Shown here piece after piece: positions 37,700 to 47,813 of a stretch of DNA of 64,000 bases (positions within the stretch are counted from its first letter, which is position 1; each line of letters starts with the position of its first letter). The stretch spans positions 288,001-352,000 of the forward strand of contig CAVRCI010000002.1 in the NCBI GenBank assembly GCA_963719495.1, read 5' to 3'. This stretch comes from an uncultured Verrucomicrobiae bacterium. GTDB lineage: Bacteria; Verrucomicrobiota; Verrucomicrobiia; Chthoniobacterales; JAATET01. The notes below the pieces were generated by a model. It was given only the letters and a program-made list of their open reading frames with translations, did not search any database and was not told the DNA's origin. Both the position numbers and the translations under genes were made by a program.

Positions 37700-37897
37700 G
37701 ATTTACTTACGCCGCTGGGGGGCGGTTTGGCTAGGCCCGGGGGGTGACTGGTGGCTGGTGGGGATGCGGTGATGGTGAGGAGTGTAGATCAGAGATCCTT
37801 CGCTTTGCTCAGGATGACAGCGGGTTTGGGGGATGGGGTGGCTTACGCCACCGGATTGGCTGCGCGAAAGGTTTGGCAGGGCTGCGGGCAGCTTTTT

Positions 37898-38464
37898 CTA
37901 TTTTCTACAGTAGTAGACGAAGGCGGGGGGGAAGTTGGCCAGGACGACCTGGGACGTGCGGACCGTTGGGAATTGGCTTTTGAGTAGCTGGCGGAAGGAT
38001 TGACCGGCGGGTAGCCAGTGGGTGCCCCAGTAGGCGAAAGTGACGAAGGTGCCGGTGTCGCCGAGCGTCTCCTTGATGGTTGCGAGGATCCCGCGCTGAA
38101 CGCCGAGCGGAAAAATGGCCCACGGCAGGCCGGAGACGATGCTGTCGGCCTGGTCGACGCCATGCTCGATCGCGTGATGGCGGAGCTCGCTGGCGTCGCC
38201 GGGGATGACGGTGGCTTCGGGGAAGCGGCGGCGAAGGTCGGGAACGAAGTTTTCGTTTTTTTCGATCGCAACGAAGCGGGCGTCGGCCTTTTTTTTCTGC
38301 ATGATGCGTCGGGTCATGACACCGGTGCCGGGACCGAGCTCGAGGATGCGGTCGGCCTCGACGATGGCGGCGTGATCGACGACGACGTTGGCGAGAAAGG
38401 GGGACGACGGGGCGATCGCTCCGGTGATGTGGGGAGCGCGGAGGATTTCCTTGAAGAATCGCAT
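37898..38464 (-). CDS. SAM-dependent methyltransferase (phospholipid N-methyltransferase-like)
   Basis: TGAIAPSSPFLA, LELGPGTG, IVSGLP, FVTFAY, NFPPAFVY. Confidence 0.88.
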   Translation of the reverse strand: MRFFKEILRAPHITGAIAPSSPFLANVVVDHAAIVEADRILELGPGTGVMTRRIMQKKKADARFVAIEKNENFVPDLRRRFPEATVIPGDASELRHHAIEHGVDQADSIVSGLPWAIFPLGVQRGILATIKETLGDTGTFVTFAYWGTHWLPAGQSFRQLLKSQFPTVRTSQVVLANFPPAFVYYCRK

Positions 38465-38612
38465 GGTGGGATGGAAATGAAGCAGGATCGGAGGGATTTG
38501 CGAGGAATACGGTGGGTGGTGTCGCGTCGGTTGTCGGTGGGGGTGAGTTTTCGCCGAAGTCCGGGCGCGGGACGGATCGACATTCGTCGGGAGATGCGCT
38601 TTGCTCCCCGCG

Positions 38613-39149
38613 ATGAAATGGCAGCGACTCATGGCGGGTTCATTGATCGGGGCTTTTGCTCTATCGTCGGCTTTCGCGGAGCAACTCCGGGGCAAGGTGC
38701 TGAGGTGGGAGCCGGAGTTCGGGGCGCTTCACCTCGAGCAGTCGACCGGCGAGGAGGTGGTCGTGCCAGTCTCCGATGCCACCGAGATCTCGGGAGCATT
38801 CGGGAGATTGAGCGACGGGCAACTATTCGACGCCGGGGAATGGGTGACCGTCTCCCGCGAGGGGAACGAACCAACGAAAATCGCGATCGAGCGGCCGGAC
38901 CAGCAGGCGGACATCACTCCCGGCGAAATCGGAGACGAGATGGAAACCTCGCCGCCGACCACGCCCACGCCTGAACCGACGCCTGAACCGACGGCAGCTC
39001 CCGGGGTGGTCGCTCCAGCACCGACTCCCGTCCCGACCACTCCGCCCGGGAGCCCGCCGAGTCCGGCCCCGACTGCGACGCCGGATCCTGTCGCGACAGT
39101 CACTCCCGAGCCAACTCCGACGCGCACTCCGGACGTTCCGGAAAATTAA
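38613..39149 (+). CDS. exported protein, OB-fold-like domain with Pro/Thr-rich tail
   Basis: Signal peptide ending AFA; beta-rich domain; PTPEPT repeats. Confidence 0.65.
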   Translation: MKWQRLMAGSLIGAFALSSAFAEQLRGKVLRWEPEFGALHLEQSTGEEVVVPVSDATEISGAFGRLSDGQLFDAGEWVTVSREGNEPTKIAIERPDQQADITPGEIGDEMETSPPTTPTPEPTPEPTAAPGVVAPAPTPVPTTPPGSPPSPAPTATPDPVATVTPEPTPTRTPDVPEN

Positions 39150-39243
39150 TTTGAAGGAACCTCGCGACGTCTCCGTTACGAACGTGTTAGAACAACCAAG
39201 CGCGTCGACGAACCGTCGGCGGGCGCAATCCAAGAACAACACC

Positions 39244-39621
39244 ATGAAGAAAACTTATCTCCTGACCCTGACCGCCGGCATCGCGCTGGCTCTGACACCC
39301 CTGACGTCCCGTGCCGCCGACGACGCCGACAAGAAAGGCAGTGGCTTCACCGGCAAAGTGACCGCCTACGACGCCACGGCTATGACGATGACCGTCGAGA
39401 AAAAGAAAGGCGACGAGTCCATGGAATACACCATGACCGAGGAAACCAAGGTCGTGGACGACAAGAACGAGGACGTCGAAGTCGCGGCGATCACCATCGG
39501 ATCGAAAGTCCGGGTCCAGACCGACGAAGAAGGGTCCACCGAGGCCAAGCGCGTCAAGGTTCTTCCCTTGAAGAAGGACAAGGACGGCGCCGAAATGGAG
39601 GACGACAGCTCGGAAGACTGA
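39244..39621 (+). CDS. small exported protein (DUF5666/OB-fold-like)
   Basis: Signal peptide; GKVT.YD...TV...T.ETKV...IGSKVRV...AKRVKV; followed by a terminator. Confidence 0.75.
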   Translation: MKKTYLLTLTAGIALALTPLTSRAADDADKKGSGFTGKVTAYDATAMTMTVEKKKGDESMEYTMTEETKVVDDKNEDVEVAAITIGSKVRVQTDEEGSTEAKRVKVLPLKKDKDGAEMEDDSSED

Positions 39622-39648
39622 TCCGTTTCCCGGATCTCGAATTGAAGG

Positions 39649-39678
39649 GGCAGCCGGCGCGAGTCGGCTGCCTTTTTT
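39649..39678 (+). terminator. intrinsic terminator
   Basis: GGCAGCCGGC-GCGA-GTCGGCTGCC followed by TTTTTT. Confidence 0.85.
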
Positions 39679-39711
39679 CGTGGTCGACGCCGTCGGCGCT
39701 CACCGTGGGAC

Positions 39712-41469
39712 TCAGGCTCCGCGCGAATCGCCGGGCGAAGACTCGTCGTCCTCGCGAAGATCGCTCCGGCAGAGCTTGGCGTAGAGGCCGCCGGCGGCGA
39801 GGAGTTCCTCGTGGCGGCCGCGTTCGACGATGCGGCCGCGGTCCATGACGAGGATCTGGTCCGCGTGGCGGACGGTGGAGAGGCGGTGGGCGATCACGAA
39901 GCTCGTGCGGCGGGCCATCAGGCGATCAAGGGCTTCCTGGATGAGGCGTTCGGTGGTGGTGTCGACGCTGGCGGTGGCTTCGTCGAGCACGAGGATCGGT
40001 GGGTTTTTGAGCAGGGCGCGCGCAATTGAGACGCGTTGCTTCTCACCGACGCTCAGCTTGATGCCGCGCTCGCCGACGGGCTCGTCGAGGCCGCCGGGCA
40101 TGCGGCGGACGAATTCGGCGGCATTCGCGGCAGCGAGGGCTTCCCACATTTCGTCCTCGGTCGCGTCGGGCTTGCCGATGCGAAGATTTTCGGCGGTGGT
40201 GCCGTTGAAGAGAAAACTCTCCTGGGTGACCATGGCGACGGCCTGACGCAGATTTCGCTTCGGAAAATCGTCCGCCGGACGGTCGTCGACGAGGATGCGG
40301 CCGGAGTCGATCTCGTAGAACCGGACCAGAAGACTCACGAGGCTGGTTTTGCCGGCTCCGGTCGGGCCGACGAGGGCGATCATTTCTCCCGGTTTGGCGT
40401 GAAAGGTGATGTCGTGCAGCGTCCCGGCCGTGTCGCCGTAACCGAAGCCCACGTGGTCGTAGCGGACGTCGCCCCGGACGGTGATATCGGGTTCGGCGGC
40501 ACGGTCGGCACCGGGTTCCGGAGGGCTGTCGATGATCTCGAAGACCCGTTCGGAAGCCGCGCGGCCGGACTGGAAGATCTGGTTGAGCTGGTGGAGGCGA
40601 CCGATGGGTTCGTAGAGGAAGGGCGTGAAGATCAGGAATCCGACCAGGGTGGCGAGTTCGAGCTCGCCCGCGAGAACCTGAGCGGCGGCGACCCCGAGGA
40701 CGATCACCGGACCACAGGCCGTGAAGAAGGTCATCGCCGGATTGTAGAGCGCCCAGGCGCGCATCACGCCGAGGGTCGCGTCGGCGAGCTTCTGGCTGGT
40801 GGAATTGAACCGCTCGTGTTCCTGCGGTTCGCTCGTGAACGTTTTGATCTGCCGGATCCCCGCGAGGTTGTCGTGCAGGACGGAATTCATCGTCGAGGCG
40901 GCGGTGCGCTGGCGGCGATAGCGCGGGCGGGCGGTGAGCGTGTAGGCAAGGGCACCGACGATCAAAAGCGGCACGGGGGCAGCGGCGGCAAGGGTGAGCA
41001 CCGGGCTGTAGAACAGCATGAACCCGATCACGATGACGATCTGAAGAACGGACGTGATGCCTTGCTCGATGCCGTCGATCAGCACGCGCTCGACCGAGGT
41101 CACGTCCTCGACCAGACGCGTCATGATGTCGCCGGTCGCCCGGTTGTCGAACCAATGAAGCGGGAGGCGCTGGATGTGTTCGTAGAGGTCGCTGCGGAGG
41201 TCGTAGATGACGCGCTGCTCGAACGTGTTGTTCAGAATGATGCGGACGGCGTTCAGAAACCCCTGGAGGAAGAACGCCCCCAGAGCGATGCCCACGAGCG
41301 GCCAGAGAAGCCCGGGGTGTTCGCCTTCGATCACGTCGCGCACAATCCGCCGCGAGACGTCGGGAAAGACCGCGACGAGCAGAGTCCCGACGATGGCGGT
41401 CGAGAGCGTCCCGGCGGCGAGGCGCGGGTAGCGGCGGAGGTAGCGGAAGACTCGGAAGGTTTGTTTCAT
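39712..41469 (-). CDS. ABC exporter, fused permease and ATPase (MsbA/MdlB-like)
   Basis: TM domain; GPTGAGKT, LSVGEKQR, LDEAT, IAHRLST. Confidence 0.95.
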   Translation of the reverse strand: MKQTFRVFRYLRRYPRLAAGTLSTAIVGTLLVAVFPDVSRRIVRDVIEGEHPGLLWPLVGIALGAFFLQGFLNAVRIILNNTFEQRVIYDLRSDLYEHIQRLPLHWFDNRATGDIMTRLVEDVTSVERVLIDGIEQGITSVLQIVIVIGFMLFYSPVLTLAAAAPVPLLIVGALAYTLTARPRYRRQRTAASTMNSVLHDNLAGIRQIKTFTSEPQEHERFNSTSQKLADATLGVMRAWALYNPAMTFFTACGPVIVLGVAAAQVLAGELELATLVGFLIFTPFLYEPIGRLHQLNQIFQSGRAASERVFEIIDSPPEPGADRAAEPDITVRGDVRYDHVGFGYGDTAGTLHDITFHAKPGEMIALVGPTGAGKTSLVSLLVRFYEIDSGRILVDDRPADDFPKRNLRQAVAMVTQESFLFNGTTAENLRIGKPDATEDEMWEALAAANAAEFVRRMPGGLDEPVGERGIKLSVGEKQRVSIARALLKNPPILVLDEATASVDTTTERLIQEALDRLMARRTSFVIAHRLSTVRHADQILVMDRGRIVERGRHEELLAAGGLYAKLCRSDLREDDESSPGDSRGA

Positions 41470-41575
41470 GCGGCGGGTGACGGGCGGAAGGTTCTACGAT
41501 TTTGGCCGCCTTCCGTGTCGATCATATTTCAAATCAATCCCTTCCGACGCGAGTGACGCCCGTCTGAACCAGTAT

Positions 41576-41592
41576 TTGGCATGGCAACTGCT
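41576..41592 (+). promoter_or_regulatory. sigma54 (-24/-12) promoter of amtB-PII
   Basis: TTGGCATGGCAACTGCT, with exact GG-N10-GC spacing, about 80 nt upstream of amtB. Confidence 0.75.
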
Positions 41593-41671
41593 TTTCAAAC
41601 GCCACCCTCGGGACCGATCACCGGTCCCGGGATTAAACCAAACAAAACCAACCCAAATCAGAAGTCATCCC

Positions 41672-43132
41672 ATGCTAAAACGAACCAATAAACTGGCGTC
41701 TCTCGCGATCGCCGCTGTCTTCGCCCTCGGCGGAGCGATGCCGATCGTGACCCACGCCCAGGATGCCGCCGTCGAAGAGACGACGGTCGTGACAGAAGAA
41801 GCCGTGGCTGCGGAACCCGAAGAGGAATTGACGCCCGGCGAAGCCGCCATGGCTGCCTTCACGGAAGACGCGGCTTACTCGAAATTCATGGTCGACAACT
41901 TGTGGATCCTCATCGCTGCGGCGTTGGTTTTCATCATGCACCTTGGATTCTCCTGCGTTGAGACCGGCCTTTGCCGCTCGAAGAACACGACGAACATTCT
42001 GTTCAAAAACGTGTTCATCGTTTGCATGGGTGGACTCACCTACGCGATGTGGGGCTTCAATGCCATGTATCCCGGTGACTACGCGGGAGTCGTGGGCACC
42101 CCTGACCAAGCTTGGAACGGGTTTTTTGCGATGGGTTCCCCGATCGCAAACAGCTTCGCCGACGGTGACATGGTCGGAAATCTGACGAATGAGTACGCCG
42201 ACTACACCTACTGGTCTGACTTCATCTTCCAGGCGATGTTTGCCGCGACTGCGGCGACGATCGTTTCCGGTGCCGTTGCTGAACGCATCAAGCTTGGACC
42301 ATTCATGATCGCGGCGACTCTGCTCGTGACCTTTGCTTACCCAGTGACCGGTTCCTGGCAGTGGGGCACAGGTTGGCTTTCCGAAATGGGATTCTACGAC
42401 TTCGCCGGATCCAGTCTGGTGCACGCCTTCGGCGGTTACGCGGCTTTGGCCGGTGTCATCATTCTTGGGCCTCGTCTTGGCAAGTATCTGCCCGGCGGCA
42501 AGGTCAAGCCGGTCCTCGGTCACAGCATGCCACTCGCCACGATCGGTGTGTTCATGCTCTTCCTTGGCTGGTTCGGCTTCAACGGCGGTTCGGTGCTCAG
42601 TGCTGATCCCGTTCTCGTCTCGCTGGTCTTCGTGACCACGGCACTCGCTGGCTTCGCCGGTGGTATCGGTGCGGCCTTCACCTCGTGGATCGTGCTCAAG
42701 AAGCCTGATCTCTCGATGGCGCTCAACGGAATGCTCGCCGGTCTGGTCGGCATCACCGCGGGTGCGGATTCGATCATGCCCTGGTGGGCGGTCGTTGTCG
42801 GCCTCATCGCCGGTATCATCGTGGTCTTCTCGGTGGTCATCATCGACAAGCTCAAGATCGACGATCCAGTCGGTGCCATCTCGGTGCACGGCGTCTGCGG
42901 TAACTGGGGAACGATCGCGGTCGGTATCTTCGGCGGCATGAACATCGTCACTCAGATCATCGGAACGGTGGCCATCTCGGTCTTCGCGTTCGTCGCCTCG
43001 TTCATCATCTTCCTGGTGGTGAAAATGGTACTCGGCCTTCGCGTGAGCGAGGAGGAGGAAATCGGCGGTCTCGACATTGGCGAGCACGGTCAGGAGGCCT
43101 ACCCGGACTTCGCACCCGTCTCGGAACTCTAA
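41672..43132 (+). CDS. amtB: ammonium transporter
   Basis: FQAMFAATAATIVSGAVAER, DFAGSSLVH, LGWFGFNGGS, IDDPVGAISVHG; N-terminal signal plus acidic extension. Confidence 0.95.
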   Translation: MLKRTNKLASLAIAAVFALGGAMPIVTHAQDAAVEETTVVTEEAVAAEPEEELTPGEAAMAAFTEDAAYSKFMVDNLWILIAAALVFIMHLGFSCVETGLCRSKNTTNILFKNVFIVCMGGLTYAMWGFNAMYPGDYAGVVGTPDQAWNGFFAMGSPIANSFADGDMVGNLTNEYADYTYWSDFIFQAMFAATAATIVSGAVAERIKLGPFMIAATLLVTFAYPVTGSWQWGTGWLSEMGFYDFAGSSLVHAFGGYAALAGVIILGPRLGKYLPGGKVKPVLGHSMPLATIGVFMLFLGWFGFNGGSVLSADPVLVSLVFVTTALAGFAGGIGAAFTSWIVLKKPDLSMALNGMLAGLVGITAGADSIMPWWAVVVGLIAGIIVVFSVVIIDKLKIDDPVGAISVHGVCGNWGTIAVGIFGGMNIVTQIIGTVAISVFAFVASFIIFLVVKMVLGLRVSEEEEIGGLDIGEHGQEAYPDFAPVSEL

Positions 43133-43153
43133 TCGGAGAATCGAACAGATTAA

Positions 43154-43498
<345 letters not shown>

Positions 43499-43552
43499 CG
43501 CCAGCCACCATTGCGCCGGGGGGACACCTCCGGTGTGAGGCTAGAGCCATTC

Positions 43553-43586
43553 AGGGCGGTCCGACGAAAGTCGGGCCGCCCTTTTT
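43553..43586 (+). terminator. intrinsic terminator
   Basis: AGGGCGGTCCGAC-GAAA-GTCGGGCCGCCCT followed by TTTT. Confidence 0.85.
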
Positions 43587-43630
43587 GCGTTCGGATGGAG
43601 CACTGGGACACGATTGGCCATTACCCGGAG

Positions 43631-43795
43631 GGTAGGGAAGCTGCGCCGCCGGGTTCCCATTTTTGGTCAGAGGTTGTGAGGGGCTCCCGGTAATCGGGCG
43701 CTACTACGCTGACTTGTTGGCAGGGCGGAAAGTTGGGTGTGAGTTCGTGCGACCGGGGTGAAAGTCACGGAACCCGGCGGCGCGGCTTCCCTACC
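43631..43795. repeat. inverted GTAG-type REP pair (family D)
   Basis: GGTAGGGAAGCTGCGCCGCCGGGTTCC / GGAACCCGGCGGCGCGGCTTCCCTACC; single copies at 47756-47781 and 62323-62349. Confidence 0.85.
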
Positions 43796-43940
43796 TTACC
43801 TGGACGATGGCTCGGCTGACGCCGAAGGAGGTGACGGCAGGCTTAACCGCCCCATTCCCTTTTGGAGCGGAGCGCAAATCATCGCGGCTTTTATTCTTCG
43901 CTGGGTTGAACGGGGTGAACCGTCAAACGGGGTAAGTGGC

Positions 43941-44205
43941 GAATGGCGCTGTTTTAGGCGGATTTTCGGTGAAGAGCGCAAGGAAGTGAGGACGGCTTGG
44001 AGGCCGTCCCGCGCGAGATCATTGGCAACCCGGGTCTTTTCGATCAACGCTGACGGTGTTGGTGGTGTGAGCGCGAAGTTGTAGCGGCGCGTCTGTGACC
44101 GCCGCCAACCATCTCGCTGAGTTTGCGCACCCGAGTTTGACGGCTCCGGCGGTCACAGACCGCCGCTACACCCCTGCCGACGATCCGCTCAAAACAGTGC
44201 CATTC
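43941..44205. mobile_element. ~265-bp MITE with TIRs and target-site duplication
   Basis: 29-bp imperfect TIR GAATGGCGCTGTTTTAGGCGGATTTTCGG / CCGACGATCCGCTCAAAACAGTGCCATTC, flanked by the direct repeat GGGTAAGTGGC (43930-43940, 44206-44216). Confidence 0.85.
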
Positions 44206-44330
44206 GGGTAAGTGGCCATTAGCGAGGATGAAAGACCTTTATTCATGCGACGCGGTGTTGCGGGTGAGGGTTTGACGGCTTCGCCGTTTGGGTTGGTTCG
44301 GCGATTGCAAATCGCCGCTCCTTGATGGGC

Positions 44331-44957
44331 TCACGATTTGGCGTTCGTTGGAGTTCGCGTTGGCCAGATCAGCCAGCCGTAGGCCAGGTGGTAGAGGCCG
44401 AAGGTGCAGCCCATGATCCAGTATCCGGCGATGGTGAAGTCGAGCCGGATCAGGAGATCGAGACGGGTGCAAAGGAGGCTCAGAAGGCAAAGACCGCTGA
44501 GCAGGAAGATCCAGCCGAGCGCGAGCAAGGAGCGGGGTGCGAACGCGTGCGTTGCGAGGAGAGCGAGGCCGTAGAAAATCATCCAAAACCCGGCGGTGGC
44601 GAGGGGTTGCATGTGGGTGGTGGCGGCGGCGAACGAGACCGCGGCGGCGGCGAGGAATGACGGGAGGACGACGGCGGCGACGAGGCCGGTGCGTGGGGAC
44701 AAGAGCGGCTCACCCCGCCGGACGGCGTCGCGCCACAGGCTTCCGACGAGGATCGCGATGGCGAGCACGGCAACGGAAAGCCAGATCAGCTCGAATCCGA
44801 AGGCGTGCAGCCGCGACGGCCGGGCCGAGAGGGTGACGGCGGCGGTGAGCGCGATGGCTCCGACGCCGAGCGACACGGGAGCGAGGACCCGCCGATGGGC
44901 TTCGGATCGCTCGGAGAGTTCGGCGAGAATCTCCAGTCGACGGGACGCGGGCCTCAC
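44331..44957 (-). CDS. membrane protein, unknown function
   Basis: GTG 44957 overlaps the upstream stop (GTGA); about six TM segments; W..FYGLAL, GCTFGLYHLAYG. Confidence 0.7.
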   Translation of the reverse strand: MRPASRRLEILAELSERSEAHRRVLAPVSLGVGAIALTAAVTLSARPSRLHAFGFELIWLSVAVLAIAILVGSLWRDAVRRGEPLLSPRTGLVAAVVLPSFLAAAAVSFAAATTHMQPLATAGFWMIFYGLALLATHAFAPRSLLALGWIFLLSGLCLLSLLCTRLDLLIRLDFTIAGYWIMGCTFGLYHLAYGWLIWPTRTPTNAKS

Positions 44958-46483
44958 GGCCGGTTCAACTCCGGTGGACGGATGGGCGGATCGATGAGCG
45001 AATCCCGGAAGTCCTCGACGCTGCGGGCCTCGCGGGCGGGCTGACGGGTGGGGTAGAAATCGCGGCGCAGAAGCTGGCCAACCGTGTAGGCCGGACGGCG
45101 GGCGGGCACGTCGATGAACGCGACCGCGGCGTCGAGGTCGGGACCGGGGAGGAAGCCCACGGCGTGGCCGATGCGGGGGTAGACGTAGTTGGTTCCCATC
45201 GGGAATCGTTCGCGGATGGTGGCTCCGCCGGAGGCGGGAGTCTGCGCGTCCATCTGACCATTGAGGAAGAGCGTCTGCACGTTGCTGAACGGGAGTCTGC
45301 GCGTCGTTCCCGGCCGGTAGGGCACGGTCCACGATTCGATGATGGCGGCGAGCTGGATGAGGCTTGTTCCCGGGACGTTGCGAAGAACGGGACGCGGATC
45401 GGCGTTCACGTTGGTGATCGTATCGGTGGTGTAGTTTGGCGCGGCGAAATCGGTGGCCAGGGTCGAGAGATACATTCCGAAAGAATTCGGTCCGGCGTCA
45501 CCGCCGCCGGATGACGAGGGCGGAAAAAATCGGGCCGGGAGTTGGCTGAGCGGACCCCGCTCGAGCTGCTGGACGAGCAGAGGAACGAGGCGGATCGTCT
45601 CGGTGCGTTGGAGGAGCGCGGAGGTGAGCGAAAGCAAGTTGCGACCGGAGACGGAGGATTGACCGGCTGCCGTTTCGAATTCGAGCGGATTACGATCCAG
45701 CCGGGCGACGAGTCGAAAGTAGCGGTCGCGCAGATTGCGATATTGGCGGCGCGCCCGGCGGTTCCGTTCCACGTCGCGGAAGAGGGCTTCGAGTCCCTCC
45801 CGCTGGATCTCGAGGCTGGTCGGAATGAACGAATCCGTGGCCGGGGAGTTGCCGGTCATCACCATGGCTCGGACGCTGGGCGAGTGGCGTCGGAGATACT
45901 CCTGCGCGACGAAGGTGCCGTAGGAATTCGCGACGACGTTGATGCGTTCGTAGCCGAGGGCGACGCGGACGTTTTCGTAGTCTTCGGAGATCTCCGTCGT
46001 GTTGTAGCCGGAGGGATCGATGCCGGCGGAGCGAAGCGCACCGAAGTTCCGCGACGTGAAGGCGGCGATCGTGCGGCCGCCGGCTGGGGTGCCGAGGACG
46101 GGGATGGAGAGGCCGGCTCCGCGGGGGTCGGCGAAGACGATGTCGCGGTCTTCGTTGAGGGCTTCGAAGAGCGGAATGCCGGAGCTCGAGAGCGTGGCGG
46201 AGCCGCCGGGACCGCCGACGAAGTAGAAAACGGGGTCGGGCCGCGGATTTGCGGAGCGCGCGGCCACGACGACGACGGCGACCGAGATGCGGCGGTCGTT
46301 CGCGGGATTTCGGCGATTTTCCGGGACGCTGACGTAGCCGAAGGTGGCGCGGTCGGCGTTCGCGGCGGCGGCGAGGGCGGCGGGTTTGTCGGCGGGGGTG
46401 AATTGGGCGGGGGCGCTGGTGGAAGCGGCGAAGAGGAGGGCGGCGAGGGTGGTTGATGGTGTGAAAATTCCGCGGCCGCTCAT
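44954..46483 (-). CDS. exported alpha/beta hydrolase (tripeptidyl aminopeptidase/TAP-like)
   Basis: VPENRRNP, GGPGGS, DPRGAG.S, nucleophile ANSYGT, D..TP, GHAV. Confidence 0.85.
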   Translation of the reverse strand: MSGRGIFTPSTTLAALLFAASTSAPAQFTPADKPAALAAAANADRATFGYVSVPENRRNPANDRRISVAVVVVAARSANPRPDPVFYFVGGPGGSATLSSSGIPLFEALNEDRDIVFADPRGAGLSIPVLGTPAGGRTIAAFTSRNFGALRSAGIDPSGYNTTEISEDYENVRVALGYERINVVANSYGTFVAQEYLRRHSPSVRAMVMTGNSPATDSFIPTSLEIQREGLEALFRDVERNRRARRQYRNLRDRYFRLVARLDRNPLEFETAAGQSSVSGRNLLSLTSALLQRTETIRLVPLLVQQLERGPLSQLPARFFPPSSSGGGDAGPNSFGMYLSTLATDFAAPNYTTDTITNVNADPRPVLRNVPGTSLIQLAAIIESWTVPYRPGTTRRLPFSNVQTLFLNGQMDAQTPASGGATIRERFPMGTNYVYPRIGHAVGFLPGPDLDAAVAFIDVPARRPAYTVGQLLRRDFYPTRQPAREARSVEDFRDSLIDPPIRPPELNRP

Positions 46484-46655
46484 TGGTTGGCGATGGCTGT
46501 AATGGTGAATCAAGGTGGTGTCAAATGTTGAGCGGAAGCGGGAGAACGTGCGGCTTCGCCGTTGGGCACCGGTCCCGGCAGGATGCCCGGGACGACGGGC
46601 GGGATGCCTGTTTTCCCCCTGGCTGAGACGGTGTTAGGTTGCGGTTTGTTTTCGT

Positions 46656-47711
46656 ATGCGGAAGATCATTCACCTCGACATGGACTGTTTCTACGCGGCG
46701 GTCGAGATGCGCGAGCGGCCGGAGTTGCGGGACCGGCCGATTGCGGTTGGTGGCGGATCGTCGCGGGGGGTGGTGACGACGTGCAATTACGCGGCGCGGG
46801 AATTTGGCGTGCGATCGGCGATGCCGGGGTTCATGGCTCGGCAGCTCTGTCCCGAGATCGTGTTTGTCCCGACGAGGTTCGAACTTTACCGGGAGGCCTC
46901 GGCGAGGGTGCGCGAGATCATGCACCGTTACACGGATCTGGTGGAGCCGCTCTCGCTGGACGAGGCGTATCTGGACGTGACGGATTCCGGGCGCTACGCG
47001 TGGGACATCGCGAAGGAAATGCGGGCGGCGATCTTTGCGGAGACGCAGCTCACGGGATCGGCGGGGATCGCGGCGAACAAGATGCTGGCGAAGATCGCGA
47101 GTGATTGGCGGAAACCGAACGGGCAGTTCGCGATCCTGCCGGAGAACGTGGAGGCGTTCATGCGCGAACTGCCGGTGGGGCGGATCTGGGGGGTGGGGCC
47201 GAAGGCGAAGGCGAAGCTGGAGGCGCAGGGCGTGCGCGTATGCGGCGATCTCCAGGATTGGTCGGTGGCGGAGCTGGTGGGGCGGTTCGGGCGGTGGGGG
47301 GAGGAGCTTTACGCGCTGTGTCGGGGGGAGGACGACCGGCTGGTGCGGCCGCACCGGCCGCGCAAGTCGATGAGCAACGAGCGGACGTTCAGCCGCAACC
47401 TGGTGACGCTGGCGGAATGTGAAGAGGCCCTCGATACTTTGATCGACGAGCTGCTGGCGGATCTGCGGGAGAAATGCGCGGAACGGGCGATTCGGTCGGC
47501 GGTGGTGAAGGTGAAGTTCGCGGACTTCACCCGGACGACTCGGGAGTGCGTTTGCGCGGTGCCGACGCGGGACGTGTTTCTCGGGTTGCTGGGGGAAGCT
47601 TGGGCGCGGCAGCCTTTGCCCGTGCGTCTGCTGGGGGCCGGGGTGCGGTTTGTCGACGTAGCGGGTGATGACGACGAGGATGAGGAGGGTGGGCAGATGG
47701 CGCTTTTGTGA
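46656..47711 (+). CDS. dinB: DNA polymerase IV
   Basis: HLDMDCFYAAVE, NYAAREFGVRSAM, SLDEAYLD, AKIASDWRKPNG. Confidence 0.96.
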   Translation: MRKIIHLDMDCFYAAVEMRERPELRDRPIAVGGGSSRGVVTTCNYAAREFGVRSAMPGFMARQLCPEIVFVPTRFELYREASARVREIMHRYTDLVEPLSLDEAYLDVTDSGRYAWDIAKEMRAAIFAETQLTGSAGIAANKMLAKIASDWRKPNGQFAILPENVEAFMRELPVGRIWGVGPKAKAKLEAQGVRVCGDLQDWSVAELVGRFGRWGEELYALCRGEDDRLVRPHRPRKSMSNERTFSRNLVTLAECEEALDTLIDELLADLREKCAERAIRSAVVKVKFADFTRTTRECVCAVPTRDVFLGLLGEAWARQPLPVRLLGAGVRFVDVAGDDDEDEEGGQMALL

Positions 47712-47813
47712 CGCTGGAATCGGTTTCGATTCAAGACGATTTGCCTGGAGGCGACGGAACGCGCGGCGCGCCTTCCCTACCTTGGATGGGGCGGCGCTGC
47801 GCGCCTTGGTGGA

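Noticed and set aside
37700..37897. FMN riboswitch before ribBA (and TPP riboswitch before thiS)
   Set aside because: No conserved aptamer motifs seen; the gap holds a REP and short repeats.
43758..44084. 108-aa ORF in the glnK downstream gap
   Set aside because: It spans REP and MITE sequence and has no coding-like features.
46484..46655. LexA box upstream of dinB
   Set aside because: No convincing palindrome such as TGTTC-N4-GAACA or CTGT-N8-ACAG; only a REP-like double hairpin.
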